DNA of 64,000 nt from Candidatus Kapaibacterium sp. (GTDB lineage: Bacteria; Bacteroidota; Ignavibacteria; Kapaibacteriales; UBA2268): the NCBI GenBank assembly GCA_963665665.1, contig OY762428.1, forward strand, positions 192,001 to 256,000. The letters run 5' to 3'. A program made the translations under genes and the position numbers. The notes under the pieces are model-generated. The model did not search any database. It was not told the origin of the DNA and saw nothing but the letters and a program-made list of their open reading frames with translations. This document shows positions 60,243-64,000 of this stretch, piece by piece. The number at the start of each line of letters is the position of its first letter. Positions within the stretch are counted from its first letter, which is position 1.

Positions 60243-60430
60243 GGCTCAACTCCGCTTTTCCGATGATTCATACATTTTATGTATCTGATAATTTCACTTA
60301 TTCCTATTAATTTAGACGACACTAAAAAATAAAAAGTTTAATCAACTACTTACTGAAACCATCAATTAACTGTTATGACACATCAAAATGCAATTTTTCT
60401 ACTGATTTTATCTATGATTTTAAATATGAT

Positions 60431-60460
60431 AAAAAAAACCCGGGCTGAACCCGGGAATTT
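60431..60460 (-). terminator. Intrinsic terminator after gcvPB
   Basis: A8-CCCGGG-CTGAA-CCCGGG-AATTT. Confidence 0.7.
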
Positions 60461-60477
60461 TCAATTATATCAAAATT

Positions 60478-61929
60478 TTATGCTTCTTCTTTCCAGCAAA
60501 CATTTAGTTTTCTGGCGGCCAGAGCATCATCCAGCCTGCGAACGGGAGTTGTCAGCGGGCTGTTTAGTACAGTATCAGGATCGTTTACAGCTTCTTCTGC
60601 AATTTTGATCATAACCTCGGCAAACTCGTTCAGGCCTTCTACAGTTTCAGTTTCAGTAGGCTCTACAAGCATGGCTTCGTGAACGATCAGCGGGAAATAG
60701 ATAGTAGGTGCATGATAGCCATAATCGAGTAATCGTTTTGCAACATCCTTGGTTGTTACGCCATTTTCTTTTTGTTTATCACCACTTAGAATAAATTCAT
60801 GCATGCAGTGTTCATCATAAGGTGCCAGATAATGGCCTTTCAATTTAGAGAAGAGGAAATTAGCATTGATAATTGCATTTTCGCTTACTTTCCTGATCCC
60901 TTTGGCGCCAAGAATCCTGATGTATGTATAAGCCCTTACCAGTACGCCGAAATTACCAAAGAATGTATGAACCTTACCAATTGATTTTGGCAGTTCTTCG
61001 TTTATATGATAAATATCACCGTCTTTCTCAATCTGGGGAACAGGAAGATATGGCTTCAGCCTTTCGCTTACACATACAGGTCCTGAACCGGGGCCGCCGC
61101 CGCCATGCGGTGTTGCAAATGTTTTGTGCAGGTTAATATGCACACAGTCAAATCCCATATCTCCGGGGCGGACAATGCCGAGGAGTGCGTTAAGGTTAGC
61201 ACCATCCATATACATCAGGCCGCCAGCATCATTCACAAGCCTGGCAATTTCTTCTATCTGGTATTCAAACAGCCCCAGAGTATTCGGATTAGTAAGCATG
61301 AATCCTGCAAGATCATCACCCAGTTTTGTTTTAAGGTCTTCAAGGTCCACCCTTCCGTCTTCCATAGATTTTACGGATTCAATAGTCATACCCGAAATTG
61401 TTGCGGAAGCAGGGTTTGTACCGTGAGCTGAATCCGGGATAAGGATCCTTTTTCTTTCAGGCTGGCCATGGTCGTGATGATAGGCTCTGAACATCATAAT
61501 TCCTGTAAATTCGCCCTGGGAACCGGCAGATGGCTGCAGGGTAACTCCCTGGAGCCCTGTAATTTCTTTCAGATAATCTCCCAGTTCGTACATAAGCCTT
61601 AAGGCTCCCTGTGCCTGTGTTTCATCCGAGCATGGATGCAGCCCGAGGAACTTAGGATGGCTTGCAGTATATTCATTTACTTTGGGATTATATTTCATTG
61701 TACATGAGCCAAGAGGATAGAGCCCCTTTTCAATGCAATGATTAAGATTCGACAATTTAACAAAATGCCTTGCAACTTCGCTTTCGCTAATTTCCGGCAA
61801 TGCAGCATCTTCTTTCCTGATAAGATTTTCAGGAATTTCGCTATTTATATCTACCTGGTCAATTTCCAATCTGGGTAATGTATAACCCTTCCTGTTTGGC
61901 CTGCTTTTCTCAAAAATCAACTTTTCCAT
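60478..61929 (-). CDS. gcvPB: Glycine dehydrogenase (decarboxylating) subunit 2
   Basis: [63 protein letters not shown] (PLP lysine), EPTETE. Confidence 0.97.
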   Translation of the reverse strand: MEKLIFEKSRPNRKGYTLPRLEIDQVDINSEIPENLIRKEDAALPEISESEVARHFVKLSNLNHCIEKGLYPLGSCTMKYNPKVNEYTASHPKFLGLHPCSDETQAQGALRLMYELGDYLKEITGLQGVTLQPSAGSQGEFTGIMMFRAYHHDHGQPERKRILIPDSAHGTNPASATISGMTIESVKSMEDGRVDLEDLKTKLGDDLAGFMLTNPNTLGLFEYQIEEIARLVNDAGGLMYMDGANLNALLGIVRPGDMGFDCVHINLHKTFATPHGGGGPGSGPVCVSERLKPYLPVPQIEKDGDIYHINEELPKSIGKVHTFFGNFGVLVRAYTYIRILGAKGIRKVSENAIINANFLFSKLKGHYLAPYDEHCMHEFILSGDKQKENGVTTKDVAKRLLDYGYHAPTIYFPLIVHEAMLVEPTETETVEGLNEFAEVMIKIAEEAVNDPDTVLNSPLTTPVRRLDDALAARKLNVCWKEEA

Positions 61930-62015
61930 GGTTTTACCAATTTAATTAACAAATATCGGCATGTTCATCTGCCGGCAAACAGTAAAATTCGAAATTAGCA
62001 ATTTCCGTTGTAATC

Positions 62016-62834
62016 TCAAATAAATTCGGAATTATTTTTTAAATAATTTAATCCGTCCTTTGCCGCACTTTGTTCGGCTTCCTTTTTACTACGTCCGGTT
62101 CCTGCACCAATAAGGGCACTTTCAACAAAAACCCCTACTCTGAATTCTTTCTGATGGTCGGGGCCGCTTTCATCCAGAACATTGTATGTTGGTGAAGGTT
62201 TGCCAGCCCCCTGGACTTTTTCGAGAAGTATACTTTTATAATTATCATCTTTCATTACCTGCTTTTGCAGCATTATCGGCACCAGGCTGTTAATTATAAA
62301 GCCTCTTGTCACTTCAAGCCCGGAATCAAGGTATATAGCAGCTATAACGGCTTCCAGGGCATCGGCCATAATAGATTCACTCCCTGATTTCATGGATTTC
62401 TCCGCGCTGAAGCTCAGCTGAATGAATTTATCAAGGCCGATCTTTCCGGCACAGAGCGCTAAAGTATGGCTGTTAACAAGCCATGAACGCATTTTTGTAA
62501 GCTCTCCTTCAAGGACGTTGGAATGCATTGAAAACAGGTAATCGGCAATTATCATTCCAAGAATGGAATCACCAAGAAATTCAAGCCTCTCATTAGAAAA
62601 ATAAGACGGGTCTTCCAGTATCTGTAAATACGACCTGTGTGTAAGGGCCTGTTCGAAATATTCAGTTTTCAAAATTTGTATGCCAAGGGCCTGTTCAAGC
62701 TCTTTTTTCTTCTCAAAATCTAAAAATCCAACCACAGGGAACATTCCGCTGTGATTGGATTTAAAAGAGAAGTATTTTCTGACCGGAAAGAATCGAAGAA
62801 TACCGTTATAAAATTGATTTACAATATCCTTCAT
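62016..62834 (-). CDS. rnc: Ribonuclease III
   Basis: ALTHRSY, NERLEFLGDSILG, EGELTK, ADALEA.IAAIYLD, dsRBD GPDHQKEF...G.GRSKKEAEQ.AA. True start may be downstream. Confidence 0.96.
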   Translation of the reverse strand: MKDIVNQFYNGILRFFPVRKYFSFKSNHSGMFPVVGFLDFEKKKELEQALGIQILKTEYFEQALTHRSYLQILEDPSYFSNERLEFLGDSILGMIIADYLFSMHSNVLEGELTKMRSWLVNSHTLALCAGKIGLDKFIQLSFSAEKSMKSGSESIMADALEAVIAAIYLDSGLEVTRGFIINSLVPIMLQKQVMKDDNYKSILLEKVQGAGKPSPTYNVLDESGPDHQKEFRVGVFVESALIGAGTGRSKKEAEQSAAKDGLNYLKNNSEFI

Positions 62835-62855
62835 ATCATAATTCCATTTTAGTTT

Positions 62856-64000
62856 TTATTCTCCTTCGTATGCTTTAAAGCATAAGGTAGCATTATGGCC
62901 TCCGAAACCGAATGTATTGCTGATGGCAGCTTTTATTTCGGCTTTTTTGGGTTTGTTCGGAGTATAATCCAGATCACATTCCGGATCAGGGTTGAACAAA
63001 TTAATTGTTGGAGGAACCATACCGTTTTTCATAGCTAAAACAGTTGCAATTGCTTCCACAGCTCCTGCAGCACCAAGCATGTGGCCTGTCATGGATTTAG
63101 TTGAACTAAGAGCCATTTTATAAGCCCTGTCGCCAAATACTGTTTTCACAGCAGCAGTTTCTGTTTTATCATTGAAAGGTGTTGAAGTACCGTGCATATT
63201 GATATAATCAATATCATCAGGTGTAAGCCCTGCATCTTCGATTGCTTTCAGCATCGATCTTACAGCGCCTTCACCGCCTTCAACAGGCTGAGTTATATGG
63301 TATGCATCATCAGTAAGGCCTATGCCTGCAAATTCGGCATAAATTTCAGCGCCACGTGCTTTTGCATGTTCTTCTGTTTCAAGCACAAGAACACCAGAGC
63401 CTTCGGCCATCACAAAGCCGTCGCGTTCCTTATCGAAGGGCCTGCTTCCCGTAGCAGGATCATCATTGCGTGTGGATAAGGCCCTTAGAGCATTGAATCC
63501 GCCGACACCCATGGGGCAGATAGCAGCCTCGCTGCCGCCCACAACCATTACATCGGCATCTCCCCTTTGAATTATCATCAGGGCATCAGACAATGCATGA
63601 GATGAAGTGGCACAAGCAGAAACAGTTGCATAGTTCGGCCCTTTTAATCCCCATTTGATAGCTACCTGCCCGGAAGCAATATCAATGATCATCATGGGAA
63701 TAAAGAAAGGTGAAATCCTGTCTGGTTTTCCGCCCCTTTTCCAAAGCTGCTGCTGCTGCTCATGATAAGTAAGCATTCCGCCAATACCCGAACCAATAAT
63801 CACACCTGCTCTGTTACGGTCTGTTTTTTCAAAATCAATGCCCGAATCCTCGATTGCCATGGCCGAAGCAGACACAGCAAGCTGAGTAAACAAATCCATT
63901 TTACGGGATTCTTTGGGGTGCATGTGAAGAGAAGGATCGTAATTCTTTACTTCGCAGGCAAATTTTGTTTTATAATCCGTAACATCAAAACGGGTTATCA
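62856..64000 (-). CDS. fabF: Beta-ketoacyl-ACP synthase II (5'-truncated by window)
   Basis: SACATSSH, SRPFDKERDGFV, DAYHIT, NMHGTST, KSMTGHMLGAAG, SNTFGFGGHN; the frame stays open upstream of the ORF-track ATG (ITRFDVTDYKTKFACEVK). Confidence 0.96.
   Translation of the reverse strand, partial: ITRFDVTDYKTKFACEVKNYDPSLHMHPKESRKMDLFTQLAVSASAMAIEDSGIDFEKTDRNRAGVIIGSGIGGMLTYHEQQQQLWKRGGKPDRISPFFIPMMIIDIASGQVAIKWGLKGPNYATVSACATSSHALSDALMIIQRGDADVMVVGGSEAAICPMGVGGFNALRALSTRNDDPATGSRPFDKERDGFVMAEGSGVLVLETEEHAKARGAEIYAEFAGIGLTDDAYHITQPVEGGEGAVRSMLKAIEDAGLTPDDIDYINMHGTSTPFNDKTETAAVKTVFGDRAYKMALSSTKSMTGHMLGAAGAVEAIATVLAMKNGMVPPTINLFNPDPECDLDYTPNKPKKAEIKAAISNTFGFGGHNATLCFKAYEGE

Noticed and set aside
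683-63479. Numerous short antisense or alternate-frame ORFs inside called genes (e.g. 683-1120, 33773-34327, 45301-45693, 53591-54130)
   Set aside because: Shadow ORFs of well-supported genes with no recognisable motifs.

Overview
AT-rich chromosomal window, probably from an FCB-group bacterium; the T9SS-type C-terminal domains, IgGFc-binding/Ig-like/cohesin-like surface proteins and TAnnTTTG-type promoter motifs suggest Ca. Kapabacteria or an Ignavibacteria-like lineage (inference). Most of it is housekeeping: queA 3' end, yigZ, panC, rsmG, nth, nuoF, an S41 protease, hisS, ridA, ftsB, gcvPA, folD, an RluA synthase, sucC, a methylcrotonyl-CoA carboxylase/leucine catabolism cluster, gcvPB, rnc and partial fabF. 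It also holds three T9SS-secreted proteins, several outer-membrane proteins and two sensor kinases. The most unusual signals are two intergenic arrays with a strict 21-bp register. At 21701-22492 two related arrays sit back-to-back as an imperfect palindrome, and inserted hairpins add exactly 42 bp so the phase is kept. At 43702-44289 a 28-unit array switches consensus midway without losing phase. Both lie beside the same nested REP/MITE-like palindromes. Other notable items: a four-gene locus of two output-less CHASE2 proteins plus two secreted FecR/DUF928-like paralogs; a Fic gene followed by a solitary attC-like site; an MNT pseudogene with an in-frame TGA; and orphan IPTL-CTERM and HTH_26 remnants missed by the ORF track. 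No rRNA, tRNA or CRISPR array was seen. All family assignments come from motif recognition by eye, not database searches.
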